Origin: a virus
Reading direction: 5' to 3' (one strand)
IMG/VR virus record: IMGVR_UViG_3300009082_000016
Coordinates: 96,001 to 160,000 of that record
DNA length: 64,000 nucleotides
Below are positions 29,899-40,767 of this stretch, one piece after another. Position numbers and translations under genes: made by a program. The stretch's first letter is position 1. Each line of letters starts with the position of its first letter. The notes under the pieces were generated by a model. It was not told the DNA's origin. It saw only the letters and a program-made list of their open reading frames with translations, and ran no database searches.

Positions 29899-30614
29899 TC
29901 TGGTCCTCCTGCCTCCGGAGCCAGGCTTCCCGGCTCCTGGATGAACTGCCAGAGCAGCTCGCTGCAGACGACGATATCCGCGTCGCTGCCCTGGGGAAAG
30001 ACGTGGTAGCTCATGTTGCCCTGCCGGTCGGACCGCCACTCCATCCTGTCAAACAGCGGGTTGCCACCCCGATGCCGCAGGAAGTTGCGGTCGCCAGGGC
30101 CCAGGTGCATCCCCATGTTGTAGTCGAACCTGAGCCCGTTCGGCGTCCAGTCGGGCGTCGCCAGCCAACCTCGTCCAGGCACGTGGAACGACACCCGGAT
30201 GTTGAAGTACGTGGCCGGCGCGGACGAGTTGAAGTCGATGCACATCGCGTCGGGGATTTCGGCGTCGACCGGCGGGCAGCCCTGGCCCTTCAGCTCATCC
30301 AGCTTGTCCTCCGCTTGGCGCAGATCCCGCGAGCATCCATCCAGGTTGGCCTCGATGACGACGGTGGACCGCCGGCACTCGATGACGTCGTTCAGCGCCC
30401 GGAGATGGGCCGCCTTCAACTCTTCGACGCGCGTCTCGGCGACCGAACGCGCCGGCCGGCACTCGACAAACTGATCCCGGTACCGCTCCTTCTCCTGCGC
30501 GATCCGGGTCATGTCGCTGGAGACGAATCCCAACGCCACGCAGGTCAGCATCAGGCCGGAGCCGAAAAGCACGAGCGCCACGAACAGGATGTTGCGCTTC
30601 GTCTTGTCGATCAT
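29895..30614 (-). CDS. membrane-anchored coiled-coil protein
   Basis: N-terminal TM helix then Cys-containing coiled coil. Confidence 0.6.
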   Translation of the reverse strand: MIDKTKRNILFVALVLFGSGLMLTCVALGFVSSDMTRIAQEKERYRDQFVECRPARSVAETRVEELKAAHLRALNDVIECRRSTVVIEANLDGCSRDLRQAEDKLDELKGQGCPPVDAEIPDAMCIDFNSSAPATYFNIRVSFHVPGRGWLATPDWTPNGLRFDYNMGMHLGPGDRNFLRHRGGNPLFDRMEWRSDRQGNMSYHVFPQGSDADIVVCSELLWQFIQEPGSLAPEAGGPE

Positions 30615-31466
30615 GCGGGGTTGCGGAACACGCGCTTGCAGTCCGCACAGAGGAAGCGGTTGCGGGGCAGCGCCACCTCAACCCGCTTCCACTGCTTCTT
30701 CTGCGTTGCCTTCTGGATCGGCTTCCGCTCGGAGATGTTCTTGCTGCTACAGAACGGACATTTCATCGTCTGCTCCTCCTACTCGGTCGCATAGGCGTGT
30801 ACCAGCCGGCCGGCGCTGAACTGGAACACGACGAACATTCCCGGCCACGCCTCTTCGGGCTGCCAGGGCTTGCCTTCGCTGCCCACGGCAGCGCGATGCC
30901 GCTCGACATCATCGTTCTGGATGACGATATGCTCGCCGAGGCAGCCATGTGGGTGCTCCGTCAGGAACGGGATGTCCGCCCGCCGGAGCATCTCCATTAG
31001 CAGCTCACGATCGGTCATTCGTCCTCCAACTGGTACTCGCCGGGCGCCAGGCCAAGCATCCCGAAACGCTGCCAGAGCAGATCCAGGATGAGCTTGGCCG
31101 ACAAGACGGCCATCTTCTTGGTGGCTTCGGACATCTCTCCCCAGGTGGGGATCGTCCTGTTCCCACACTCGCTGCAGGCAACCACGTTGGCGGAATGGAC
31201 CAGAGCCGCGAACGTCTCGATGTGGGGCCAGTTGAACTCGACACTGTTGAACCGTCGCTCCCAGTAGGTCGCTGCCTCGTCCTCGATCTGCGGCTGGCTC
31301 CTGTCCTTCTCGGCCTGATCGAAGATGGCGGCCTCTTCCGACTTCACACGGAACTCGTACCGGTCGTCCGGCAACGGCGTCATCTCGAACCAGCAGCTGC
31401 GCCACAGGAGGTACTCGCACACGGCCCGGGCTCTCCGGGCCCCGACGATCACCTTGGTTCCTTCCA

Positions 31467-31982
31467 TCAGCTCTTCAACCACCTTCCCTTGGAATCCCGG
31501 GGCCACTTCTTCATCTCCTCCCGCAGGGAGGACCGCTCGGCCTCCGTCATCGGGTAAAGCTGGCTCGACGAGATCCACGGCACGAGCGACTTCGGCCGCT
31601 TCAGCTCCCCCGTCCGGGTGTTGAAGAACGGCGGGCCTGGGTAGAGCTCAAGGTTGTGGTGGTTGTGCAACTCCACCGGCACGAGTATCTCGAGGTCTTC
31701 CTCGAACACCGGCCGCTCCACCGACCGCATCGCCGGCCGCACCAGCCAGATCGGGACCGCCTTGAGACCGCGGAACGAACGGCCTTCACCGTAGTAGGTA
31801 CTCACGCCCTCCCAGCGGACGCTGGCGCCCGTCACCGCGGCCCGGTAGTACAGGCTCTCCAGAAGCGGGACGCGCTTGATGGTGCGCTGATCCTTGTTTC
31901 GGTTCCCATCAACAGGCTGGTACTCGATCTCGATCCGGCCCCGGACCAGGACCACGTCACCGATTCGGAACTTCGGCTGCAT
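31467..31982 (-). CDS. hypothetical protein
   Basis: MQPKFRIGDVVLV start after GGAGG. Confidence 0.55.
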   Translation of the reverse strand: MQPKFRIGDVVLVRGRIEIEYQPVDGNRNKDQRTIKRVPLLESLYYRAAVTGASVRWEGVSTYYGEGRSFRGLKAVPIWLVRPAMRSVERPVFEEDLEILVPVELHNHHNLELYPGPPFFNTRTGELKRPKSLVPWISSSQLYPMTEAERSSLREEMKKWPRDSKGRWLKS

Positions 31983-31996
31983 CAGACCTCCTTCCC

Positions 31997-33013
31997 TCAA
32001 GACTCGCCGAGCAGCTGCTCGAGCTCACGCTCGGCGGCCTTCTGGGCCACCAGGAGCGCGTCGACCCGCTCACGATACCGACCCACGGATTTCCGCAGGT
32101 CGCTCAGATCCGGCTCTTCACCGCCGTCCACCCAGCGGGTGAACAGCTTCATCAGCTCCGAGCGCGTCAACACCGGGGCCTCCGGAACCGACGGCTCGAT
32201 GGCGGGCATAGGAGGGGCCGATGGCCCGGCAAACGCCGGCGCCTCGATCCGCTCATCGGCACCTGGCGCTTCCGGCACGACCGGGACGGGCACCGCGGCG
32301 GGCTTCTTCACAGCCACCATCTTCTCGGCGATCTCAGCCAGATCATCGAGCTTCGACCAGGGCCACGCCTTGCCGCCGTTCGGGCCGGCCCCCAGGTCGA
32401 TGGTCGGCGCCGGGAACGAGCCGTTCTTGATCCAGTTGGTCAGCGTTGTGCGATGCACGCCGATGAGCGAAGCCAGGGCCTGGATCTTCACGTACTCGCC
32501 AGCCTTCGAATCTTCCTCGTCGGCCTTCGGCTCTTCTGCCGCCTCGCAGGCAGGCGCAGGCGCCGGAACCTGCGGCTCGGCCTCGATCGGGTCCGGATCC
32601 CACTCCCGGATGGTCAGCCAGTTGAGCGCGAGGCACTCGCCCCGCAGCTGCTGGGCCTTGTGAACTTCGCGCTCTTCCTCCCGCGAGATCGACTTGTCCT
32701 TCACCCAGCCGCTCAGGATCGCGAGGCGTGTCGGGGCTCCCGATGGGTAGGGAACCTGGGTTGCGAACAGCCGATGGTCGTGCTCCTTGAAACACCACAG
32801 GCCCTTCCCGCCGTTGCCCATGGGCTTGAACGAGTCGTGCGACGCAGAACCCATCCCCTCTCTGGCGAACCGCTGCCACGACCGCTCGAAGCGTTTGAAC
32901 AGCACCTCGGGCACCGACTCGATGAACTCGCGCCCGGGTATCCGGCCGCTCCGCACGAACAGCCAGATCTCACCCCGGGGGCCGGACAGGAACTTCACTG
33001 CGCCGTTCGCCAT
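31997..33013 (-). CDS. RelE/HigB(Gp49)-like domain fused to AlpA-type HTH
   Basis: SGRIPGREFI...FKPMG..KGLWCFKEHDHRLF...ILSGWVK; later IQALASLIGVHRTTLTNWIKNGSFPAP. Confidence 0.65.
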   Translation of the reverse strand: MANGAVKFLSGPRGEIWLFVRSGRIPGREFIESVPEVLFKRFERSWQRFAREGMGSASHDSFKPMGNGGKGLWCFKEHDHRLFATQVPYPSGAPTRLAILSGWVKDKSISREEEREVHKAQQLRGECLALNWLTIREWDPDPIEAEPQVPAPAPACEAAEEPKADEEDSKAGEYVKIQALASLIGVHRTTLTNWIKNGSFPAPTIDLGAGPNGGKAWPWSKLDDLAEIAEKMVAVKKPAAVPVPVVPEAPGADERIEAPAFAGPSAPPMPAIEPSVPEAPVLTRSELMKLFTRWVDGGEEPDLSDLRKSVGRYRERVDALLVAQKAAERELEQLLGES

Positions 33014-33039
33014 GTCCTTCTCCTGGGCCGACTCCACCA

Positions 33040-33543
33040 CTAGCCGGGCTTCTCGGCGTCCTTCAACTCGTCCAGCAGCTCGTACGCCTGGGTGGACGTC
33101 GTCGGAATCACCTTGCGGAGCAGCCTCAGCAGTGCCTGCAGCGTGGGGATGTCCTTCGCGGTCACCCAGAACTTCAGGCTGCTGTCGTTCAGCTGATCGA
33201 TGTCGGGCGACTGCTCCTCGACCCACAGGTCCTTCGTGCCCTCGGACATCTTCTTCCCGAAGACGCTGAAGGCGACCTTCACCTGGACGCGGTACGCCGG
33301 GTGGTCCTTGTCGACGATCAGGACCGGGTCCTCGAAGTCCTCGCCGCACGAGCTGCACGTGAACCCGTTCGAGTCCTCGACGTCGTCGACCTCCTCGGGC
33401 TCGAACGACTCCTCGAAGTCCTCGTTGACCTCGTAGTCGGCGGAATCAGGGCCGCTGAACCGGACCTCGATGTTCCCGCCCAGCGTCGCCTTCGCCCGGG
33501 CCTTCTCGTGCCCGCAGTGCGGGCAACCGTACTTCTTGCTCAT
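33040..33543 (-). CDS. Zn-ribbon protein
   Basis: CPHCG...FTCSSCG. Confidence 0.6.
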   Translation of the reverse strand: MSKKYGCPHCGHEKARAKATLGGNIEVRFSGPDSADYEVNEDFEESFEPEEVDDVEDSNGFTCSSCGEDFEDPVLIVDKDHPAYRVQVKVAFSVFGKKMSEGTKDLWVEEQSPDIDQLNDSSLKFWVTAKDIPTLQALLRLLRKVIPTTSTQAYELLDELKDAEKPG

Positions 33544-34578
33544 CGCTGCTCCTCCTTCTCCATCCGCCTCCAGATCCGGCTCACCCAGAGCAGGAAGCGG
33601 CGCTCGCTCAACCCGCAGCCACGCATCAGCGTGACCGCCCAGAAGATGCACGCGCCGGCCACGACCCGCACCGAGCGGGAGGCCTTCTCGCCGCGAAGGA
33701 TGCGCGACACCGAGTTGCCCACGTACACGCGGGCGCTCGCGTCGGTGATCGGCTTATCCTTCATCATCGTCCTCCAACATGAACTGGGACAGGGGGTCGG
33801 TCTCCTCGCCGGAATCGAAGTCCAGCTCAGCGAACGGGTCGGGCGCGGCGCATGCCGCGCAGGCCCGGAGCTCCCGGTCCCCGAAGAACGCGACGATCGC
33901 CCTGGCTTCCTCCCCGTCCTCGAGGTGCGGGTGGTACGGGAACAGGACGCGACCGCTTGCCTGCGTGAGGTCGTCGGTGATGGCCCGCCTCTCGAACACC
34001 CCCTTGAGGAGAATCCTGCCGAACTCGTGCAGGAAGCTCTCCGAGGGGATTCCCCTCTTCCCGCACAGGCAGCAGACCCTGCTCCAATCCTGTGGGACAT
34101 CTCGTTGAAGGAACCAGACGTACCACAGGGGTGACTTCCCCTCGTAGACCGGCATGACCACCTCCCACTGCGGCTTCGACGTTGGCTCGCAGGCACCACA
34201 CCTGGAGTAGCTGGTGAACGAGCGGACGCGCGTGCATCCGCTCGAGTTTCTTGATGGCAGCACGAACCTCCTCCAGGAATCGTGATCCGCGGCTGGTCAG
34301 CTTTCCGTCCTTCACGAACGGAAGCCCCAGCGGTGGAAGTCGAACCACGCTTTCCCCGAACTCAACTCCGATCAGGTACCGGAGGAAACCGAGTACCTGA
34401 CCGATTCGAACTCCCCTCCCTACCCACCTTCCCACGACGGGTACGAGTAGCGGGTCGAGCGCAGCTCGACCCAGCACCAGCGCCCTCTTCGCGTCCTTCC
34501 TGTTCACCTACACCCTCCTACACGACGACTTCTCGCTTCTGTGGTGGCAGTTCTGGACCCTTCTATGCTCTGAGAACT

Positions 34579-34824
34579 CTGTTGTCCTATCGAAGGGTCT
34601 CTGTTGTCCTAGTCGGTGGGACCCTATTGTCCTAGTGGGGGTCCCTGTTGTCCTAGTGCCACGTTTTCGTGATCTTGGTAGGACAATAGGACCCCTCTGC
34701 GCCGAAATACAGAGGACTTACGCTTGGTTTACCCCACACAGACGATAGGACAATAGGGTCCCAGGGACTCTGTTGTCCTAGTGAGGGTCTCTATTGTCCT
34801 AGTCGGTGGGACCCTGTTGTCCTA
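34579..34824. repeat. nine copies of CTRTTGTCCTA (7 direct, 2 inverted), iteron-like; putative replication origin or parS
   Basis: Direct copies start at 34579, 34601, 34624, 34645, 34770, 34791, 34814; inverted at 34679, 34746; 21-23 bp spacing; non-coding, lower GC. Confidence 0.8.
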
Positions 34825-35205
34825 CCGGTGGAACGTCTCGAGGGTGGCCCGGACGTGCGCCCGGGTCAGTTTTGCCAGCTCGACGAACTGGAGCCGGCAG
34901 AAGCCGCACAGGTGGCTGTACTCGAGGTGCTCGTCCTCGCCGGCGGCTTTGAGGCTGATGCGGAAGCCGCCGCGCACCCGCCGGGCAGCGGTCGGCTCGT
35001 GGCAGCGGTCGCAGCGTGGGGTGTTCGAACGCACCCGGAAGAGGACGACCATCGGCTTCCCGTCGGGGCCGGCGATGACGTCCCTGGCCAGCAGTCCCTT
35101 CTTCACCATCTGCTGCGTCTGGCTGAGGATGACGGACGCCCCATCGAACATGCGACGGAAGCCGTCGATCTCGGGGGACGGTTCCCCTGGCTTTTTTCCT
35201 GCCAT
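34822..35205 (-). CDS. hypothetical Zn-finger protein
   Basis: CDRC...LCGFC; AAAGGAG SD. Confidence 0.6.
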   Translation of the reverse strand: MAGKKPGEPSPEIDGFRRMFDGASVILSQTQQMVKKGLLARDVIAGPDGKPMVVLFRVRSNTPRCDRCHEPTAARRVRGGFRISLKAAGEDEHLEYSHLCGFCRLQFVELAKLTRAHVRATLETFHR

Positions 35206-35887
35206 GGCTCTCCTTTTTTCTCAGCGGGAGGCCCAGACGAGCCCCGCCGCAAGGGTGAGAACGACGCCCAGGAAAGCGGGCATCGCTCCGTACTCGATCA
35301 GCTTTTCCCCGACTGCAAAGGACAGGAGGACTGCCACGCTGATTCCCAGCACGGCACGCCCCGGGTCGAGGCGCATCTATCCCGAGATGTCCCCGCCCCC
35401 GATGACCCCGCCGCCGGAGACCTTCGCCAGAGCGGCAAGAGCCAGGGCGACGTGCCGGTGGGCTGCGATCGTTTCGTTCAGCGCGGTCTGCGAGAAGGCG
35501 CCAGGCCGATCGGGAGGACCGCCGCGGGGAAAAGAGACGGGCCTACTCGAGCTCTTCTTCAGAGCGAACAGGCGGCTCTGGGCCTGGCCCAGGTTCTTCA
35601 GCGCGTCCTTCAGGAGCGTGGCCGGACTTGCGGTTCTGGTAGGCACAGTTTTCCGTCGCCTCCTCCCACGATGCCCGCTTCTGCGCGTGCATCATGCCCA
35701 GGATAGTACCACGCCTCTTGTACCTGTAGCGAGAGTCCCCTTGCTCGATCTTGACCTTGAGATAGTAGTAGATTTCGTAGAACGAGGGGATCGGTGGATC
35801 GGGGCGGAAGTCCCGGTAGCGGCACGCCCGCTCGCAGCCGTCGCAGCGAACGTGCCGCCAGTACCAGGTCTTGTCACGCCGGGACAC

Positions 35888-36181
35888 CTACGGCTCCGGG
35901 AGGTACTCGTCCGGATCCAACTTCGCCTTCTCCCGCATGCCAAGCGCCTCGAACATCGCCGTGAGCGCCCGGACCGCGTCGAGCTCCGTCACGCCGTCGG
36001 GGACGCGGAAGTAGCGCCCGCTGTCCTCCTTCTCGAGCTGGATGCCGACGTGCCCGTTGCCCAGGTCGGTGATGCCCAGGACCTTCACCTTCTTGGAGGC
36101 GCCGCCGACGCGGCGGATCACCAGGGCCATGAACTTCGTCCAGGCGACGATCAACCCGGGCGTCGTGTCGGATTTCACCAT
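35888..36181 (-). CDS. hypothetical protein
   Basis: 97-aa ORF. Confidence 0.55.
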   Translation of the reverse strand: MVKSDTTPGLIVAWTKFMALVIRRVGGASKKVKVLGITDLGNGHVGIQLEKEDSGRYFRVPDGVTELDAVRALTAMFEALGMREKAKLDPDEYLPEP

Positions 36182-36471
36182 GTGTGCCTGCTCCTCGCCC
36201 TCGGCTCCGTGCCGAGCTCCTTCTTCTCGATCCTGGTGGCCACATCGTTCCGACGCTCGAGCTCCAACTGCTCCTGCATGTCGATCGGAACGACGATCCG
36301 TTCGAACGCCCAGTCGGCACCGTCCTGGATCTGGTCACCCAGCTCGAGGGCGATCGCCCTGCTGTCACCGAAGGAGAACTTCTCCAGCTGGTCGCGGTCG
36401 ACGGGGTACGCGGCCGCCTTGCGGCGGACCAGGGCGATCTCGCCCGCCCGCAGGAACCCGATGACCCTCAC
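36175..36471 (-). CDS. hypothetical protein
   Basis: 98-aa ORF, GTGA coupled. Confidence 0.55.
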   Translation of the reverse strand: MRVIGFLRAGEIALVRRKAAAYPVDRDQLEKFSFGDSRAIALELGDQIQDGADWAFERIVVPIDMQEQLELERRNDVATRIEKKELGTEPRARSRHTW

Positions 36472-36989
36472 CCCTTCTCCTCCGGGGGCTTCACCTCGGC
36501 ATCCTGCGCCGCCTTCTGGCTCTCGAGGTGCTTGCGGATCATCGCCTCCATCTCCTTCGAACGAATCTGGGCCACCGCGTGGGCGTTCTCCAGGATCCGC
36601 ATCGCGACGCGGGCGCCCAGGCCGACCGGGTCGGCCTTGATGCCCCAGACCGAGCTGACCATCACCGTCTCGATGACCGCCAGCACCTTCTGCGGCTCCA
36701 TGCCCGAGAAGAGACGGGCCAGGAAGATGGCGTTCGGCGACAGCGCCGTGTCGTGGTCGCCGCCCATCGGGAACGTGAGCAGGGCCATGTGGTGCTTGTC
36801 CCGCACCGCCTCCCCGGCCGGCGACGTGGACAGGTAGAGGCAGCCGATCGGCGCAGCCCCGACCAGCTCCTGCAGTGCCTCCTGTTCGCCCCCGGGCAGG
36901 GTTTCGAGCTCCTTCTGCAGCCGGGCGATCTCGTCGGAGATGTGCTCGCAGACCTTGTTGTACTCGACCAGGAACTCCTTGGCGTTCAT
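36468..36989 (-). CDS. hypothetical protein
   Basis: 173-aa ORF, ATGA coupled. Confidence 0.6.
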   Translation of the reverse strand: MNAKEFLVEYNKVCEHISDEIARLQKELETLPGGEQEALQELVGAAPIGCLYLSTSPAGEAVRDKHHMALLTFPMGGDHDTALSPNAIFLARLFSGMEPQKVLAVIETVMVSSVWGIKADPVGLGARVAMRILENAHAVAQIRSKEMEAMIRKHLESQKAAQDAEVKPPEEKG

Positions 36990-38416
36990 TCGTCGACTCC
37001 CTTCTTCAGCTGGATGCGGTAGTAGGTCAGCACCCAGCCTGGTGTGAACCCCACCCTCTCGGCGCGGGGGTTTTCACGCGCATCCTCTCCGGCCTCCTCG
37101 ATGATCTCGACCAGCTTGCGCCGGACGGCATCCTCCTCTTCGGCAACATGCAGCGGCAGCCGCCCGACCTTGTGGAACTCCTCCCGCAGCTTGATGAGGC
37201 TCTTCCGCATCGCCACCGTGTAGACGGCCTTCGCCGGCGCCCACAAGCGGTTGTACGTCGCCTCCCACGTCTTCCGGATGAAGGTGTCCCAGGTCCGCGC
37301 TTGATCGCGGCTCAGATGGTACACCTCGTCCGGCGGTGTCCTCTTCGGCTCGGGCTTCCCCTGATAGGTGCCCACCGACACCACGGCCATCGATTTCGGC
37401 CGTGCGTCGGACAGATGCCGCAACCGGACCTGGTAGAACGCCTTCTCGGGCGGCGTGAGATCGCGCTGTAGCGACTCCCGCAGCGCGGTCGAGCTCTCGA
37501 ACGAGTCGAGCAGGTCGATCTGCTCGTCCGTGTAGTCCCGGAAGCGGGAGCGCAAGGTTGCTGCGGCGTCCGGGGGGAGAGCTTCCAGGACGTCGCGGAC
37601 CCGGACGAGTTTCGCCACGCGTTCGTTGTAGCGGTAGATCAGGATGTTGGCCGCGTTCGTCACGGACAGGTCGTCCGACCGCTTCATCTCCAGAATCTGT
37701 GCCCGCAGCGCCTGCAGCGGCAGGTCATCAAAAGCACGGACGGCCTCCAGCGGGAGCTCCGACGCCGCGGCGACGGGTTCGACCTGCCCCTCCGGTTCGA
37801 CCTGCCCCTCCGGTTCGGCCTTCTTCTTCGACTCTTCCATCCTCAGGTCCCTCGGCTTCGGGCGGGACAGGTACGTTTCGCCATACCCGTTGTCGCCCTT
37901 CTCTCGAAGGAGACGCAAATCCCGCAGGCGCGTCAACCACCTACGGATCTTCTTCCACTTCATGCCGGTCTGCTGGACCATCGAGTGCCGGAACAGGCGG
38001 TCGACGGCCACCTCCGGCGATCCGGGTCGCACGAACGTGAGGGCGGAGACCAGCACCAGGGCGGCCTGGCAGCTGCCCGTCCGGCGTGTAAGCTCGGCGA
38101 GCGTCGCCAAGTCGTACTCGGCGTAGAACTTCCCCGGCGCGTCGGGGCGGGCGTCCTTCGGGTCATCCACGACCCCGTCGTCAAGCATCCCCAACATCTG
38201 GAGCTGGCGGAGATTCCGGGTGACCGTGCGGTAGTGCTGACCGGTCGCCCTGGCGACTTCCACGGGCAGGGGGAGCTCGGGCCTCCCGTTCCGAATGACC
38301 AGCAACGACCGGACGCCCAGGAAGGTGTAACGGCCTGCCCATTCCACACGCGCCGGCTGCCCGTGCCCAGCAAGCATCATGAGCAGCCTCACCGAGATGG
38401 TCGGGGCGTCCGGCAT
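36986..38416 (-). CDS. putative replication initiator (tandem wHTH)
   Basis: VARATGQHYRTVTRNLRQLQMLGML and QTGMKWKKIRRWLTRLRDLRLL; in operon with ParB and DnaB, 2 kb from iterons. Confidence 0.5.
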   Translation of the reverse strand: MPDAPTISVRLLMMLAGHGQPARVEWAGRYTFLGVRSLLVIRNGRPELPLPVEVARATGQHYRTVTRNLRQLQMLGMLDDGVVDDPKDARPDAPGKFYAEYDLATLAELTRRTGSCQAALVLVSALTFVRPGSPEVAVDRLFRHSMVQQTGMKWKKIRRWLTRLRDLRLLREKGDNGYGETYLSRPKPRDLRMEESKKKAEPEGQVEPEGQVEPVAAASELPLEAVRAFDDLPLQALRAQILEMKRSDDLSVTNAANILIYRYNERVAKLVRVRDVLEALPPDAAATLRSRFRDYTDEQIDLLDSFESSTALRESLQRDLTPPEKAFYQVRLRHLSDARPKSMAVVSVGTYQGKPEPKRTPPDEVYHLSRDQARTWDTFIRKTWEATYNRLWAPAKAVYTVAMRKSLIKLREEFHKVGRLPLHVAEEEDAVRRKLVEIIEEAGEDARENPRAERVGFTPGWVLTYYRIQLKKGVDE

Positions 38417-38419
38417 GGC

Positions 38420-39268
38420 CTACTCCGCGGAGGCACCCTTCTTCGGGCGCATGCCGCGGACGCGGGCCTTGGCCGCCTCGATCTCCTTCTGCAGATCCTT
38501 GGGCACGTCCTTCTTCTGGATCGCCACCGCGATCCCGTCCGACATGCCCTTGTGGTACTCGCTCTCATGCACCTTCGGAGCGAGCACATCGAGCATCAGG
38601 GCCAGCGGCTTGTAGCCGAGCACCTTGAAGGCGCCGGCCTCCTTGCTGGCCTTCTTCTTGGCGCCCTTGTCGCCCTTCGCCGCCTCCAGCGTCTCGAGGT
38701 ACCGCTTCAGGGCGGACTCGAGCCTGGCCTCCGTCCAGCCGTCGGAGATCCACTGCTCGGCCGTCGAGAAGGGGAACTTCCCCTCGTCGATGGCGCGGAG
38801 CATGGATTCCGGGGCCTTGTTGCGGACGGCCAGCACGCGACTGGCCCGGGACGCCGTGATGCCGCACCGCTTGGCGACCTCGCCGAGCTTGTGCCCGCGT
38901 CCGACCATCATGCGGAGGTAGTCCGCCTCGTCGAGCGGGCCGTGCTCGTGCCGCTGGTCGTTCGCGATGAAGCTCATCACGAGGGCGTCGGTCTCGTTGC
39001 CCTCGTACAACTTGACCTCGACCTCCGCGAACGCCTTCGGGTCGCTCTCGCGGATGGCCTGGATGGCCTCGAAGCGATGCCGGCCGTCGACGACGTCGTA
39101 CGTCGTCGTGTCCTTCCCGCCCACCCGGCTGCGGACGGGACGAACGAGCAGCGGGACCTGCAACCCTTCGGTCGCGATGGACTTCGACAGCCCGACGATG
39201 TCGCCCTGGGTGCGGCGGTAGCTGGGCAGTCGATCGACGTGCAACGACTCGAACGGAACCTTTGCCAT
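38420..39268 (-). CDS. parB: ParB/Spo0J-family protein
   Basis: SIATEGLQVPLLVRP...VVDGRHRFEA...ANDQRH..PLDEA plus HTH EVAKRCGITASRASRVL. Confidence 0.85.
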   Translation of the reverse strand: MAKVPFESLHVDRLPSYRRTQGDIVGLSKSIATEGLQVPLLVRPVRSRVGGKDTTTYDVVDGRHRFEAIQAIRESDPKAFAEVEVKLYEGNETDALVMSFIANDQRHEHGPLDEADYLRMMVGRGHKLGEVAKRCGITASRASRVLAVRNKAPESMLRAIDEGKFPFSTAEQWISDGWTEARLESALKRYLETLEAAKGDKGAKKKASKEAGAFKVLGYKPLALMLDVLAPKVHESEYHKGMSDGIAVAIQKKDVPKDLQKEIEAAKARVRGMRPKKGASAE

Positions 39269-40608
39269 CAGTCCTCCTCCTTCCGACTCGTTTTGTCTGC
39301 ATATTCGGAGATGCCGCTCTTGTCGGTCATCCTCCGAGCCTTCTTGCCGCGGTTGGCGATTTTCAGAAGCTCGACCTCAACCGCGGCGGTGTTCTTGAGC
39401 AACATGAGCTCGCGGTAGTCCCCGAACGGCGGCGGATTGATCAGCAGCCCACCCAGCGGGAACTCCCGGGACTTCGCGACGTGGATCAGCAACTTCGTGC
39501 TGTCGTCATCGTCGATGTAGATGTGGGTGCGGTACAGGATGTCCGCCCTCTGGGAGACGACGTCGCTTCCGTACAGGTCGTCTCCGCCTCCACCACCGCT
39601 GCTCTGCTCGGACTTCTTCCGGCTGGCATGCAGCGTGGCGACCACGGGGATCTTGTGCTCCCGCGACATCTGCTGGAGCAGCTTGATGCCCTTGGTCAGC
39701 GACTTCCGGTCCTCCGGGTCGATCTTCGGGTCCATCTCGAGGTAGGCGCTGTCGATGAACAACGCGTCCGGCTTCGCCAGATCGACCTTCCGCTGGACCT
39801 CCGACCCCTTGATGGAGTCGGGACCGACCAGGTGCAGGTTGGCATACTCGCCGGCGCCGCCCATCGAGATCAGCTCCATGACCTGGAGCAGGGCGCTGCG
39901 CTGGTCGTCGTTCATGTTGTCCTGGCGCACCCGCTCGTAGGGCACGCCCGCGATGAGCGACGCCAGCCGCTGGCAGATGATGTTGAGCGGCAGCTCGCAG
40001 GACACGAGCATCAGGTTCAGGTCGGTCCGCTCCTTCATCAGGTGGGCGATGATCGACAGCAGCGCCCAGGTCTTCATCGTCCCCGGGCGCCCGTAGATGA
40101 TGCTGACCTCCGAGCCCATCAGGCCCAGCGAGGCTGTGGTCAACGAGTCCCACGGGAACGGCAGACCCTTTGGGACGGCACGACCTTTCTCCAGCCGCTC
40201 GGCCAGCTCCCGCATCGGAAGCCTCACCGGCACGACCGACTTGTCCCCGTGCCCGATGAGCGCCTCCCGCATCTGCTCGTAGGCCTTGCGCCCCACGTTG
40301 TGCGGGTCCTTCCGAAGGTCGAGCGGGTCGGGCAACGCCTGCTCCAACTCCCGCGCCAGGGAGAGCTTGATGATCTCCTCGGCCAGCGTCTTCACCCCCA
40401 AACCCGTAGGGATGTCGATCCACTCGGTGAACCCCGACCGCTCCATGAAGATGTCCTTGGTCGGGATGTCCCCGTTGTGCGACTCGGCGAAGCGGAGCAG
40501 GAACTCGTAACCGGCCCGCTCCCGCGGGTTGCCGAAGTGCTCCGGGTCGAGCCCCAACTTCTTCGCCGTTTCCAGATCCCGCTGCTCGACGATGGCAGTC
40601 AGGACCAT
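39268..40608 (-). CDS. dnaB: DnaB-like replicative helicase
   Basis: IIYGRPGTMKT (Walker A), VSCELP, LFIDSAYL, IPVVATLH, SDVVSQRAD, AKSRE. Confidence 0.85.
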   Translation of the reverse strand: MVLTAIVEQRDLETAKKLGLDPEHFGNPRERAGYEFLLRFAESHNGDIPTKDIFMERSGFTEWIDIPTGLGVKTLAEEIIKLSLARELEQALPDPLDLRKDPHNVGRKAYEQMREALIGHGDKSVVPVRLPMRELAERLEKGRAVPKGLPFPWDSLTTASLGLMGSEVSIIYGRPGTMKTWALLSIIAHLMKERTDLNLMLVSCELPLNIICQRLASLIAGVPYERVRQDNMNDDQRSALLQVMELISMGGAGEYANLHLVGPDSIKGSEVQRKVDLAKPDALFIDSAYLEMDPKIDPEDRKSLTKGIKLLQQMSREHKIPVVATLHASRKKSEQSSGGGGGDDLYGSDVVSQRADILYRTHIYIDDDDSTKLLIHVAKSREFPLGGLLINPPPFGDYRELMLLKNTAAVEVELLKIANRGKKARRMTDKSGISEYADKTSRKEED

Positions 40609-40767
40609 GCTTTCCTCGTGGATGGTACACCTCCCTTCCCAGGCCTCGGACAGCGGTAAGAACGGGCCGGAAACCCGCTGGGAGGTCCGAGGCGAGGGTG
40701 ATCGTCGTGCTGATCAGGCACGCCGCCGGCCCGGCAGCCCTCTATCGGGGTTGTGGCCGTTCGTCAA

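Noticed and set aside
34579-34824. Mini-CRISPR
   Set aside because: Repeat is only 11 bp, spacers ~10 bp and themselves repeated, and both orientations occur
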